This document shows, in pieces, positions 32,900-45,586 of a stretch of 64,000 nt of DNA (within the stretch, counting starts at the first letter, position 1; the number at the start of each line of letters is the position of its first letter). The position numbers and the translations under genes were made by a program. The notes below the pieces were generated by a model that was given only the letters and a program-made list of their open reading frames with translations, made no database searches and had not been told where the DNA came from. This DNA is from Azolla caroliniana (lineage: Eukaryota; Plantae; Polypodiophyta): contig JBHGNT010000003.1 in NCBI GenBank assembly GCA_043228905.1, positions 23,994,001 through 24,058,000 of the forward strand, in the 5' to 3' direction.

Positions 32900-33664
32900 T
32901 TCCCACTCTTCTGCCGCCTCTTTCACGTCGGGTTCACCAAGGTGTCGGGGTTGCTACGCCCTTGCGTGTAGAAAGGAGGAGGGACCACGGGGGTCTCGAA
33001 CCGAAGAGCAAGAGAGAGAGGAGAAAGAGAGAGAGACCCGATTACACAGAACCGAAGATCCGATTGCGCAGAACCGACGATTGCACAGGGACACGACCCA
33101 ACAAACAGAGATCCCAAATAAACGCCGACGCAGATGGACGCAACAACGAGAGATATGTACTTATGAATGCAAGAAAATAACAGACTAAAGTATTACAACC
33201 CACGGTGGGGCACAAAATATATACTAACGAAAACGAACAGGGCGGCGAACAGCTGCCGACCCCTGTATGTCGCGACGCACAGAAAGGGAAAACAGGTCGG
33301 AGGTGCTGCAGGACGCACTCGGGGCGTTCCACGGAACAGCGCAAGCCTCCTCGAAACCTGCACAGGTACGCGATGGAGCGGAAGACAGAGAGAGCAGGAG
33401 TGAGAGAGAAGCTCCGAAATCGGTTCGGCAGCACTTCGTCCTCTCCGCGGGAGATGCCCCACTTCTATTCTTCCTCTTCCTTTTTATAGCCCGTCAAGAG
33501 GCCGTTTGCCATTAACTGCATACCAACCGAATCTACCCACCTAGGATCCTCGTATGTACCTACTTCGTCCTTAGGTACTTCTTGGCGCGCGTGTGTGTGT
33601 AGAGCCGTTTCCCACGCCTTGTTCCTCCGATTCCTCTTGTGGGCGGTTTTCTTCACGACAACGC

Positions 33665-36600
33665 GCTCCGGCTTTCGAAACGGGACTTCATGGAATGGGT
33701 GGAGTCCCCCGGCAAGGGAAGAAACGCGTCGGCACTCCTCCAGGAGTTCGAAGAACGCTTTGCGCGCCTTTCAGCGCTTGACCGAACCGTTCTGGATACG
33801 AGTCGGGTCCTATTGTTCGTCAAGTTGGTGGACGAGCGGGACAGAGATCAAGTCGGCTCCTTGCTGGAAACCGAAGACGGGCTGACAACCGACTAGGCTG
33901 CGGTTAAGAGAGTCTGTGGCCGTTTCGACAAACGGCGAGAGTGGGCTGACAACGGGGCGGCCGGTGCGGGCTTTGTCACAGCAAGGAGGCTTGAACCGGC
34001 ACCGCAAGTGCGAAGGGAAGAAACCCGGGAATGGCTCGAAACCGGTCCGGCTTCGGCCGGCATGGTCAATGGCTCGTCCGGAGGAGCAGCGCTGGAGGAG
34101 TTGACGTGGGCGATAAAGGATCTCCAGATCGCCCAGACTCGAAGGGAAGGCGGCAAACCGGCTCGTGACCGACGGCCGGCAGCGGGGAACAGGTGCATGT
34201 GGTGCGACGAGGTCGGCCACATTCGGAAGGACTGCGGCGATTTCGCAGAGGCGTTGAGGAACCGGGTGGTGTACCTGTGGGAAGGCCGGGTGCACGCCGG
34301 CGACACCAGGAGGGCCCTGAACCGAAACGACGGGCGAGGAGGTATGAAGAGACTGATGGAAGAGGCAGCGGCCCGACACGTAGAGGCCATCCACTACTCG
34401 ACGGCGGCCAGAATTCGGGTCGGGGGCAGCGAGGCCCGAACAGAGGGCAAAGACGGATTCTGGTCGGCAATGCTGGAAAGTCTTGCCGGCGCACGGCTAA
34501 GGAAAGATGAAACGGACCGCGTTGAGAGACGGGTCCGGGAAATAACCGGGTGGAGCGATCCGGTCGAGGAGAAGACGGGCTTCGTAGAAGCCGCCTGCCG
34601 GAACTACGAGGCTCTGGTAGAAGACAAACGAGTGGGGAAAGCCGGAGCGGCCGGGCCCTCACAACGGTACGAGACCCGATTCGGGCAACGACGGGTCAAG
34701 CGCGCAAGATAACCCCAGGAAGGGCGGATACCGACTGGGGACGGAAATAGAAAGGACTACGGACCTACGAAAGGTCCTAGAAGAACGGATCCTCGACAGC
34801 AAAGTGGAGTTGTCATTGCAAGAGGTGCTAGGGATCGCAAAGAAGGAGTTCCACGACTCCATTGTGGACCTAGTGAAACAGAAGAGGCTGTCGACGGAGA
34901 CGGAACCGGAAAGACCGGTGGAGGTGCGGGCGACGCACATCGACGACATGGCGCTGAAAGATGAGTGGGCGGAGAGCCATTATTCAAGGCCGCACTGGGC
35001 CCGAGCGACCACGGAGACCCCGGTAAAGATCGGAGATGTTTAGGAACCAGTGGTGGCATTGGTGGACCACGGTTCGGAAATAAACCTGATGTCCATGGAC
35101 TTCTATAAGAAGGGAAAGTGGCCGATCAACACCAAGCACGGGTGGAAGATACGGGCGGCGACGCGCGCCACCGAGGAACTACATGGGGCCTGCCCAAATG
35201 TGCGAGTCAAGATCGGCGACGTCGAGATTGACCAGCACTTCTTCGTACAGGAGACGTCCTCACACCCGGTCATATTAGGGGAACCGTACATCACGGCGGC
35301 GCGAATGGAGACCAAGGTGCTGGACAACGGTTCGGCCTACGCGAGGGTCAAAAGCCAGGACGGGCGCCATTCGGTTCAGTTTCTGACGGTGCGGCCGAAC
35401 CACGAGAGAAACCGCGAATCCCTCGGTGGCGAGAACCGGGAGGATTTTTAGAGAGGGCTGCCAAGGCGTGGGGCCGAGACAGCCCGGACACTCGGGAAAG
35501 ACCCCACGACTATACGATAGAACCGAAACCGAAGGAACCCTGTACGATAAGTAGGAAATTCTGCTTCTCCTCGGCATCGTTGGCCGAGAAAAGACAAGGG
35601 CGGAAGTGCGACTTCGAGCGTGCGGAGTTCTCGGCCCGGACGAGGAAATCAGCGGAGCCGTGGAGGCGGTCTCCTTCGACGACACCTTGGGAATGCTGGG
35701 GGAGGTAGCCGGAGAAGACCTTAATGAAGACCGGACGATTCCGGTATGTTCCGAAGAGATGTACAAGGTCATCGCGAACTTCAGTCGGGGGCTCGGGTCG
35801 GATCAGACGGCCCGGGTTAGCACGAAGTACAAGACTGTGGACCAAAAGGTAAGACCCGTCGTGGCACCCTTACCGGAGGGCAGCGAGTCCCGAATCAGAG
35901 GGGTTGCATCGGACCCCAGTTTACGAGATCCGGCCTGCATAGGACACACCTTCACCGACGGGACGCTCCGGGAGCTCAAGATCGGTGGGGGCGGGTTCCT
36001 ACTACCGGCGGAGGAAGACCGGTTTCGGAGAATGCTCGGAAGGCACAGGAAAGCCTTCGCGTTTTCGCCGGAAGAGATCGGGTGCGTAGACCCGACGATT
36101 GTGGAGCCAATGGTGATATTCACGGTACCACATGTGCCGTGGAATCTCAAGCCGATTCCAGTACCGAGAGCCCACATCCCGAAGTTGATGGAGCTATTGA
36201 GGCAAAAAGTCGATATGGGCATTCTCGAACCGTCGAGTGCCCCATACTCGAACCGATGGTTTACCGTACCAAAGAAAAACGGAACATTGCGCTTCATTCA
36301 GGACCTGCAGCCGGTCAACAGAGTGACCATTCGGAACGCAGGAATCGGACCGACCATAGACGAGTTCGTAGAGGCCTTCGCCGGAAGGTCGATTTACTTG
36401 GTCGGTGATCTGTACTCGGGGTACGACCAGTTCCAGCTAGCCGTGGAGAGCAGAGACATTACGACGATGCGAACCCCCCTCGGCCTAGTGCGAATGTGTA
36501 CCCTGCCACAAGGAGGGACCAACTCGGTAGCCCACATGGTGAATGCAATGAACAAGGTACTGAGGGATTGCATCCCGGACATCACCATGCCGTTTCTAGA

Positions 36601-38927
36601 CGACATCCCGATCAAGGGGTGCCCGGTGGAGGAGAAGGATGAGACAGTCGGGCCGGACGGATGCCGGCGATTCGTGGCGACACACATCGACGACTGCGAG
36701 AAGGTGCTACAAAGGCTAGAGGATGCGAGGCTCACCTTCTCCGGGGAGAAATCAGCCTTCGGGCAATCGGAAATCCTGGTGGTCGGACACCTATGTGGAC
36801 CTTATGGCCGGAAGCCGTCTCCGGCAAAGGTAGAAGCCATATCCGCGATGAAGATCGATTATAGCTCGGTTACGGAAGTTCGGAGGTTCCTGGGGGCATG
36901 CGCGTTCTACCACATATGGATCCCACATTACGCCCACGTGGCGGAGCCGCTATATGGGTTGCTGAAGAAAGGGCGAAATTTCGAGTGGCAAGACGAGCAC
37001 ACGGAGTCGGTCCGGAAGCTGAAGGAAGCTCTTGCGGCAGCACCAGCGCTCCGGAAGGCTGTCTACGAGAAGGGTACCCCGGTATACATAACGGTGGATA
37101 CGAGTCTGACCGGGATCGGATGGGTCGTCAACCAAGAAGACGAGGACGGCATTCGGTCCCCGATCCGATTCGGCGCGAAGGTCCTCAGTGAGCGACAGCG
37201 AGGGTACGCCCAGGTTAAACGCGAACTCTGGGGTATCGTTTCGGCAGTAAAGGCCGACAGAGACTACCTGATCGGGACAAAAGTGATTATCGAGACGGAT
37301 TGCCTGCCAATTCTCGGCATGATTTCCGGATGCGCGACACCGGACCTGGCGATGCTCAGGTGGATAGCGTACATCAAGTCCTTGGACCCGGAAATATGGC
37401 ACATTTTCGGAAAGGACAACGCCATGGCCGACATGCTTTCGAGGGCGAGGTTTGATGACGAGGGCGGCATGGTTTCGGAGGACGAAGAAGTCGGCGTGGA
37501 CTTCTTCGAGGCATCGTACGTGATGACCGATGGGACGAGCACTCCGGCACTTAACGACATCGACGAGAGCAAGTACGACGGCGAGTGGCTCGAGATCGGT
37601 GGATTTTTGAGGACGATGACGCCGGATGCGTCGTGGACGAAGGACGAGGCCAACCGGATCCGGAAGAAAGCTTACCGATTCTTTCTCCGGGACGGATACT
37701 TATGGAAGCACTCGAAGAAGAGGAACGGCGTCCCGCTCCGGGTGGGTGGTGGCGATGAAGGAAGAACAGGAGGAGCTGCTGACGGGCTACCACGACAGCC
37801 CTTGGGCCGGACACCGTGGAACGTGGGCCACGTTCAAGAAGATAAAGGGGAAGTACTGGTGGCAGGGACTGTACCGGGATGTGCATCGGTTCATGACGAC
37901 TTGCGAGAGCTGTCAGATGCACTCCGTAGTCCGACATCGGGACAAGCTTCACCCTACGTACCCTCCGACCATCCACTTCAAATGGATGGTAGACCTGGTG
38001 ACGATGCCGATGGGAGTAGGACAGATGCGGTATCTGGTCGTGGCTCGGGAAGATCTGACGAACCAGGTGGAAGGCCGAGCCCTTCAAAACAAAACGACTG
38101 CGGCCGTATGTCGGTTCCTGATCGAGGACGTGATATGCCGGTACGGGTGCGTCGGGAAGATCGTGGCTGATCGCGGGGAGTTGGACGCCGAAGGGGCCGA
38201 GGAGCTGTTCGACCGGCTAAGAGTCAAGCTCTCGCTTACCACTGCGTACAATCCGGAGGTGAATGGGAAGGTGGAGCGCGGACACGGACCGATCGTCAAG
38301 GCGTTAGTTCGGGCATGCGGAGGTCAAGTCGGGAACTGGCCGCGGCTGTTGCCTTACGCGTTGTGGGCGGACCGAACTACGCACAGTTCGGTAACCGGAT
38401 TCATGCCGGCAGAACTCATGTTTGGGCAGAAGCCGGTCATGCCGATGGAACGTACGATCTCCTCGTGGGCAACCGTGGACTGGAGAGACGAGATGAGCCG
38501 GGAGGAACTGCTGGCGGCGCGTATACGACAGCTCGAGTGAAGACCGGAGGACGTGGAGCAGGCTACTGAAAGGCTTCGGGAAGCAAGGATGAGGAACAAA
38601 GCCCGGTTCGACCGAACGCACCGGCTCCGACTGAAGAAGATCGAGGAAGGCGACTGGGTGCTAGTCTACGACAGCAGCCTTGACAACCAGCACCGAGCGA
38701 CACGGAAGTTCGCAACAAGGTGGTTCGGGCCTTACGTGGTACAAAGCGCCAACGACAACGGGACGTACCATCTGGCGGAGCTCGACGGCACGAGAATGGC
38801 GATACCGGTAGCTCGGAAGTGGATCAAAGCGTTCAAGAAGCGTCACGACGACGAGCCGGATCCGGTTGGCCTGGACCGCGACGACGAACGATCCGAAACC
38901 GAGGAAGAACCGACGGGCGGGGAATGA
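33665..38927 (+). pseudogene. C gag-pro (continued from 26170-26495) and pol, with stops and frameshifts; frameshift cassette 35442-35508
   Basis: ORFs 34008-34712, 35050-35451, 35606-38170, 37626-38540 and 38553-38927, homologous to A2. Confidence 0.93.
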
Positions 38928-39000
38928 AGGCTGGACCGGTTTTCTCCGTCCCGACTCAATTTGGCGCATGCCGGTGGATGCGCGGTTAGGTGGGGGCGGA

Positions 39001-39639
39001 TGTCGTGAAGAAAACCGTCCACAAGCAGAATCGGTGCACAGGAGCGTAGGAACCGGCTCTTCTCAGATGTTGTCCATAGAAGATCCTAGGCGGGTAGATT
39101 TAGTGGGTAGGAAGTAAAGGGGAAACGGCTCCTTCCTTGCCTATAAAAAGGAGGGAGACGAGAAGGGGGGGGGGGGGGGGGATCGCGGAGAGTCGAGGAC
39201 GAAGTGCTGTCGGTTTGCGTGCGAAGGCTTCTCTCTCTCTCTCTCTAGTTCGCAAACTCCATAGCTTCCTTCTGTGCAGGTTTCGGGAGGCTTGCGCTGC
39301 TCTGAGGAATGCCCGAGTGCTTCCGGCAGCGCCTCCAAACTGATCCTGTCTTTCTATGCGTTTACGAACAGGCATCGGCATCTGTTCGCCGGCCTGTTCG
39401 GTTGTAACCGACTTCGTGTTTTTGTTGCTTCCGTGTTCTTGTTGTTGTCTTTGTTAATACATACATACATTCGTGTCTCTCTGTGTCGCTGTCCCACTCG
39501 CGTCTTTGTGTCGAAGGGCCGTGTCCCTGTGAATCTACGCTCGCACGTAGTGGGTCTCTTGTCCCTTCTCTCTTGCTCTTCGGTACAGGACCCCTGAGGT
39601 CCCGCCTCATTCCACGCATCCGCGAGGAAAACCTCGACA
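39001..39639 (+). repeat. C 3' LTR (639 bp)
   Basis: Direct repeat of 25496-26126 with a longer poly-G run. Confidence 0.95.
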
Positions 39640-42057
39640 ACGGCGAGTACTAGAGACTCGGTCGTGCATTCCCCACGCAGGAAGCCGAGGAGACGGCTTA
39701 CGCGCAAGGAAAAAGGCAAGAAGAAAATGCCGAAATACGACTTCGACAGCGCCAAGTCAGATCGGAGTGAGTCTGAATACAGGCAAACTGAAAAATAACC
39801 TCCACGGAAGAGGTCGACAGTAGCCAAGAAAGTCGTGAAATCGGGTAATCACGAATTACGCCGATCTACCCGCCTCAGGAACCCCGTAAAGAGATACAGG
39901 TATAATGAGTACATGGCGCACCATTACGCGTACATGACGTGAGTGGCGGAAGTGCGTGAGCCGGAGAGCTACGCAGAATCAGCGAAGGACGCAAATTGGC
40001 GTGCTGCAATGGAGGAAGAGATGCACACCTTAACGCAGAACGAGACATGGGACCTGGTTGACGCACCGAAGGGTGTGAAGCCGATCGGCTGCCGGTGGGT
40101 GTATAAAGTGAAACACAACACAGACGGCTCCGTCAACCGCTACAAGGCCTGTTTAGTAGCAAAAGGCTATGCACAGAAGCACGACGTGGACTATGAAGAG
40201 ATCTTCGCGCCTGTCGCAAAGATGACTACCGTGCGAGTCCTGCTAGTCGTAGCTGCGGCAAAGGGGTGGCACTTACATTAGATGGATGTAAAGAATGCAT
40301 TCCTAAAAGGTGATCTTGAGGAACAGGTGTACATGGTACAGCCCCCTAGATTTCTATCCGAACAAAACATCTCGACAGTCCGCCAATTGAAGAGACCCTG
40401 ATATGGACTAAAGCAAGCCCCGCAAGCTTGGAATGCAAAGATTACGCAACAGTTGCGTAGGATGGGGTTTGCATCGTCGAAATCGGACTCTTCTCTATTT
40501 GTTCGGCAAGGACAATATGGACCAGTCAGCCTGCTCCTGTACGTTGATGATTTAGTTATCGCCGGTGCCAACCTTGACGAAATCCGCCGCGTGAAGTCTC
40601 AACTTGCGGCATCATTTGAAATGAAGGATCTCGGAGACCTTCATTACTTCCTCGGGATCGAAGTGATCCGTACCCTCGAAGGCATATTGCTCAGCCAACA
40701 TCATTACGTGTTGAATATGCTCTTCAAGTTCGGAATGGCAAACTATAAGCCCATCTCGACCCCTCTGGATAGAACCGCAAAGCTTCGTCGAGATTCGGGA
40801 AAGGCATGCGACCCGACACGGTTCCGACAGATTGTCGGAAGCCTTATCTATCTGACAATTACTCGGTCGGATCTTAGTTATCCAGTCAGCCGGATCAGTC
40901 AATTCATGTCGCAGCCTATGGCCGAACACTTTCAATGCGCGCAACGGATATTGCGATATGTCAGCGGCATGAAAGACATGGTGTTGATATATCAAGCAAG
41001 CGTAGCCGAACAGTTAGTCGGCTACACGGATGTCGATTGGGCTGGAAACGCCAGTGACCGTAGATCCACATCCGGATACGCCTTCTCGTTAGGAAGTGCG
41101 GCGATCGCGTGGAGCAGCAAAAAGCAACTGACAATAGCAATGTCAAGCACGGAGGCCGAATATCAAGGGGCGACTATCGCTACGTGCGAAGTCATTTGGC
41201 TGAAATGGCTATTACGGGATCTGTAGGTAGAGGTGTCTGATCTAACAACAATCTTTTGTGACAACCTTAGCAGTATCCACCTTGCGAAGAACACCATTTT
41301 CCACGCCCTGACCAAGCACATTGAGGTGCATTACCATTTTGTCCGCGAGCGGGTCCTTTCAGGTGAAGTCGGACTGGTGCATGTTTCGATTGATCAGCAG
41401 GTTGCCGACATCTTCACCAAGCCTTTTGGTCTCGACAAGTTACGGCATTTCTCGAGTGAGCTAGGGTTGGGTCACCTCGACATGTTGAACTTGAGGGGGA
41501 GAAAGGAAGACAAACAGGAACAAGAGTGTGAAAGGATCGGAGGTGTTCATCACGGCGGAAGTGACCATGATGAGGAATCGGATGAAGAATTCGATTTCGG
41601 ACCGGTTGAAGAAGCCCAAGAAGAAAGCAAGGGCCACAATCATAGGGAAGAGCCGAGGACAGCCAAATCAGGGGGAGATACAGCCAAGAAGGGCGTAAAG
41701 GCCAAGACCAAGACATGGTCTGATGTAGTCAAAGGCCTAAAGACAGGAGACGAATTGGAGACAACCAATTCGGATGAGAGCGGAATTGAATCGGAAGCAT
41801 TCGGTTCAATCGGAATGTTCGATTCGGATACGCCAAATCAACTGAAGGCCATGTGGAGAAAAGGGCAGCAAAGGACGCATCGACACCGCAACAGCAAGGG
41901 AGTTGAGAAGGGCCAAACAAGCAGACAAGCCGACAGGAAGGGTCGAAGTGCGCGGAATCGAACGGGTCAAGGAGCGCGAGCGAGGCGTGAAGCCAGAAGG
42001 AACCGGAGTGTAGATCCGGAACAGCGGACGGAACCTCAAGTTGAGCTTGAGGGGGAG
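39640..42057 (+). pseudogene. F RT-RNase H plus in-frame charged extension up to the PPT
   Basis: EPESYAES...WVYKVK, LLYVDDLVI, GYTDVDWAG..RRSTSGY, FCDNLSSI, KHIEVHYHFVRE, ADIFTK. Confidence 0.92.
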
Positions 42058-42468
42058 TGTTGAGATACAAGCTCAACATTGGGTGCGTAATATGACGCAT
42101 AACCCAGTGCGTAGGCTGAACACGTAAGTTAGTACGCACAACTTGGCCGTATCGGTGCGTAAACCAACAGGCCGTTGGAAAGTTATTCCTCGTAAGGAAT
42201 AATTTTGGGAGTGAGTGTCAAGGCTCATTTATGAGTGTCAAGTACTGTCAGTACTTGTGTCAGCCCGATTGTCAGGGCTTGTATATAAGGTGCTCACTGA
42301 GCACGAAGTATGTACACAGAACAGAGTGTCATTATTTTGAATCTGAGTTTTTTGTTGTCTACTCTCTCTCTCTCTCCATCTCCATCTCAGTGTTTTATGT
42401 GTTTTACTGAATTGACTTATTCCTCCGAACTGTGTACTCTGTGTTTTCGCACACGCTTCCACACAACG
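42058..42468 (+). repeat. F 3' LTR
   Basis: Follows PPT GAGGGGGAG; TGTTG...CAACG; TATATAA near 42283. Confidence 0.75.
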
Positions 42469-42473
42469 TATTC

Positions 42474-45400
42474 TTCTACAAGTATTCCCTAAAAGAATTA
42501 GTTCTACCAGTGCACCATCTCCTTTTCACCAAATCTCAACCATCACATTACAACAATTGTTCCAAGTGGGAGGAAATGAGGGACTTTTCTTATTTGGAAT
42601 ATCAGTGACACCTTCTAGTCAACTCAGGGGAATCCAGACATCCAAATTCCTGAAAAATATCAAGAATATGCTGATGTTTTCAACAAAGTCAAAGCTAGTG
42701 TACTTCCAAAGCATTGGCCATACGATTGTCTCATTGTCCTTCAACTAGGAAAAGAGTCACTGAGGGGTCCGATCTACAATCTATCGCCAACTGAGCTTGA
42801 GGTTCTTCGAGAATACATTGAGGAGAATCTTGCACATGGGTTTATTCAACATTCAAAATCTCCAGCCGGTGCTCCTATATTTTTTGTGAAGAAAAAGGAC
42901 GGATCGCTTCGTTTGGTTGTGGACTATCGGGGATTAAATAAAGTCACCATAAGAAATAGGTGTGCTCTTCCTTTAATCTCCAGTCTTTTAGAGCGCATTG
43001 GTGGGGCAAGACATTTTACAAAGATTGATTTAAGGGGTGCATATAATCTTGTTCGCATTCAACTGGGAGATGAGTGGAAAATGGCATTTCTCACTCGGTA
43101 TGGTCATTTTGAGTAAACAATCATGCCTTTCGGGCTCACAAATGCACCCACAGTTTTCCAACATATGGCAAATGACACTTTCCGGGATTTTCTGGATATC
43201 TTTCTCATAATCTATTTAGATGATCTGTTGATTTACTCTAAAACACAGGAGGACCATGATATACATGTTCTGAAAGTACTTGAACGCTTAAGAAAGTATG
43301 GTATGTATGCCAAACTTGAGAAGTGTAGTTTTGACAGTGAACAAGTCGAATTCTTGGGTTATACTATTTCATCTAAGGGTATCTTCATGGATCCAGCAAA
43401 AGTCAAAACAATATTGGAATGGCAAACCCCATGTTTTGTTCAAGACATCCAATGTTTCCTCGGATTTGCTAACTTCTATCGCAAATTCATATGAAATTAT
43501 TCAAAGATCGTGTTGCCTCTCACCCAACTCACCAAGAAGAATAAAGCGTTTATTTGGACTATTGAAGCAGACACAGCCTTTACTCAACTCAAAGAGGCAT
43601 TCATATCAACTCCTATATTAGCACATATTGTTCCTGAAAAACCATTTACCATTGAAGTGGATGCGTCAGACTTTGCATTGGGGAGTATCCTATCCTAACC
43701 AGGCAAGGACGAGCAGTCCCATCCAGTCGCGTTTCATTCGAGAAAATTTACTGCTATGGAGATAAACTATGAGGTGCATGACAAGGAGTTACTAGTTGTG
43801 GTTGACTCTTTCGAGCAATGGAGACATTTCTTGGAAGGATTGCCTCATCAAATAATCATTTATAGTGATCACAAAAATCTTACATATTTTCAAACGGCTC
43901 GAGTGTTAAATAGGAGACAAACTCGATGGGCACAGTTTCTAACTCGTTTTGATTTCAAGATCGTTTTCTGCCCCGGGAAGCAACAAGGGAAGCCAGATGC
44001 TCTATCTCGACGTTCATATCTCACACCTCGACATGGAGATCCAGCCTTTGACAACCAAAACCAAATTCTACTAGGACCATCAAAGCTTCAAGCAACAACA
44101 GTTTATGTGACGCCACTTGATTCACACCTTGTTGATACTATTCGGCAACAACTTCACTCTGATCATTTCGCTAAGGATGTCTTGGCCCACATTAGTCCAA
44201 GCCATGCATCTTGCTCCACATTGCAAGATTCATCTCCACACTATCAGGAATTCAAGTGGCAAGATGGCTTACTCTTTTACAAGAATCTCCTTTACGTCCC
44301 TGATGGATCACCCCGCCTTCAAGTATTACAGCATTGTCATGATGCCCCTATGGCTGGACATTTTGGTATTGCCAAGACCATGGAGTTGGTGAAGCACTCG
44401 TTTTGGTGGCCTCATTTGCAAAAATTTGTCGAAGATTATGTTCGTACATGTGACACCTGTTGTCGAGCCAAAATACCCAAGCATCATCCTTATGGCTTAT
44501 TACAACCATTACCGCCTCCAACCAAGCCATGGAAGTCTATTTCTATGGATTTCATTACGGATCTGCCACCTTCAAAAGGATTTGATACCATTTTAACAAT
44601 AGTGGATCGGTTTACCAAAATGGCACATTTTTTACCATGTGTAAAGAGTATCAATAGTCAAGAAACCACAGATATCGTTATGCGTGAAGTATTTTGCCAT
44701 CATGGTCTTCCAGACGATATAATTATTGATCGCGGTCCTCAATTTATCTCTCACTTTTGGAAACACCTATGGGCAGGCCTCAAAATCTCCTGCAAACTCT
44801 TTTCGGTTTATCATCCACAAATCGACAGACAAATTGAGCACACAAATCAAACGCTCGAGCAATATCTTCGATGCTTCATCAGTTATCCACAAGATGATTG
44901 GAGCAATATTCTACATCTTGTTGAGTTTGCATACAATAACACGGTACACTCTTCTACCAAGGTTACACCTTTCTTTGCCTACACCGGTAACCATCCTCGA
45001 TGGTGTATCTTGGATCTTCCCAAGGTCGCACGAAACCCTAGTGCTGAGCATCATCTTCATCAGTTAGCGTTATCCTCACATCTTCAGACAGCTCAAGCAC
45101 AACATAAGACCAACGTCGATCGCCATCGTCTTAAGTCTCCTTTTAAGGTTGGCGACCATGTGAGAAAAGCTCGATTATCAACCCTTAGGTCCTTTTCTCA
45201 TCATTGCGCATATTAACGATGCCACCTTTCGTCTTAAACTTCCAGCACACATGCGGCTTCACCCAGTCTTTCATAACTCTCTTTTGGAACCTTGTTGCAC
45301 CTCTTCTATTCCTAATTGAGTCATGCCACCTCTGCCCTCTGTCCAACTTGTTGACGGCCCTGAATACGAGGTAGCTCCTATTCTTGATTCGAAGATTGTG

Positions 45401-45586
45401 CGGAATAAGCTCTATTATCTGGTTGATTGGGTTGGCTATCCTCCGAGTGATCGCACTTGGGAACCCGTCAATAATGTTTCTAATGCTCAAGCTCTTGTCA
45501 AAGACTTCCATTGCCGTTATCCAAATAAATTGGGCCCTACCTTGTTAACGTACGACTTCCACTCGTCGTTCTCGAAGGGGAGATAG
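42474..45586 (+). pseudogene. pol: Chromovirus E pol (RT, RNase H, integrase, chromodomain), Tcn1-like, decayed; no protease motif recognised
   Basis: KKDGSLRLVVDYRGLN, MPFGLTNAP, YLDD, DASDFALG, HDAPMAGH...CDTC, SMDFITDLP; chromodomain EYEVAPILDSKIVRNKLYYLVDWVGYPPSDRTWEP; PPT GAAGGGGAGATAG. Confidence 0.92.

Larger units (their letters stand above)
26496..33660 (-). mobile_element. Intact Ty3/gypsy copy A2, inserted antisense into the gag of C
   Basis: LTRs 26496-27212 and 32943-33660, differing by one T as far as I can see; TSD acgc (26492-26495, 33661-33664); PBS 32922-32939; uninterrupted gag-pro and pol. Confidence 0.97.
25496..39639 (+). mobile_element. Full-length Ty3/gypsy copy C (third LTR type), interrupted by A2
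   Basis: LTRs 25496-26126 and 39001-39639; 4-bp TSD acgg (25492-25495, 39640-39643); Trp PBS 26130-26147; PPT 38988-39000. Confidence 0.96.
20148..42468 (+). mobile_element. Ty1/copia element F (5' LTR/PBS essentially lost), host to the PLE and gypsy C
   Basis: TGTT at 20148; 3' LTR TGTTG...CAACG 42058-42468; imperfect TSD ttttc/tattc; gag-PR-INT at 23169-25495 and RT-RH at 39943-41500. The left boundary is inferred. Confidence 0.75.
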
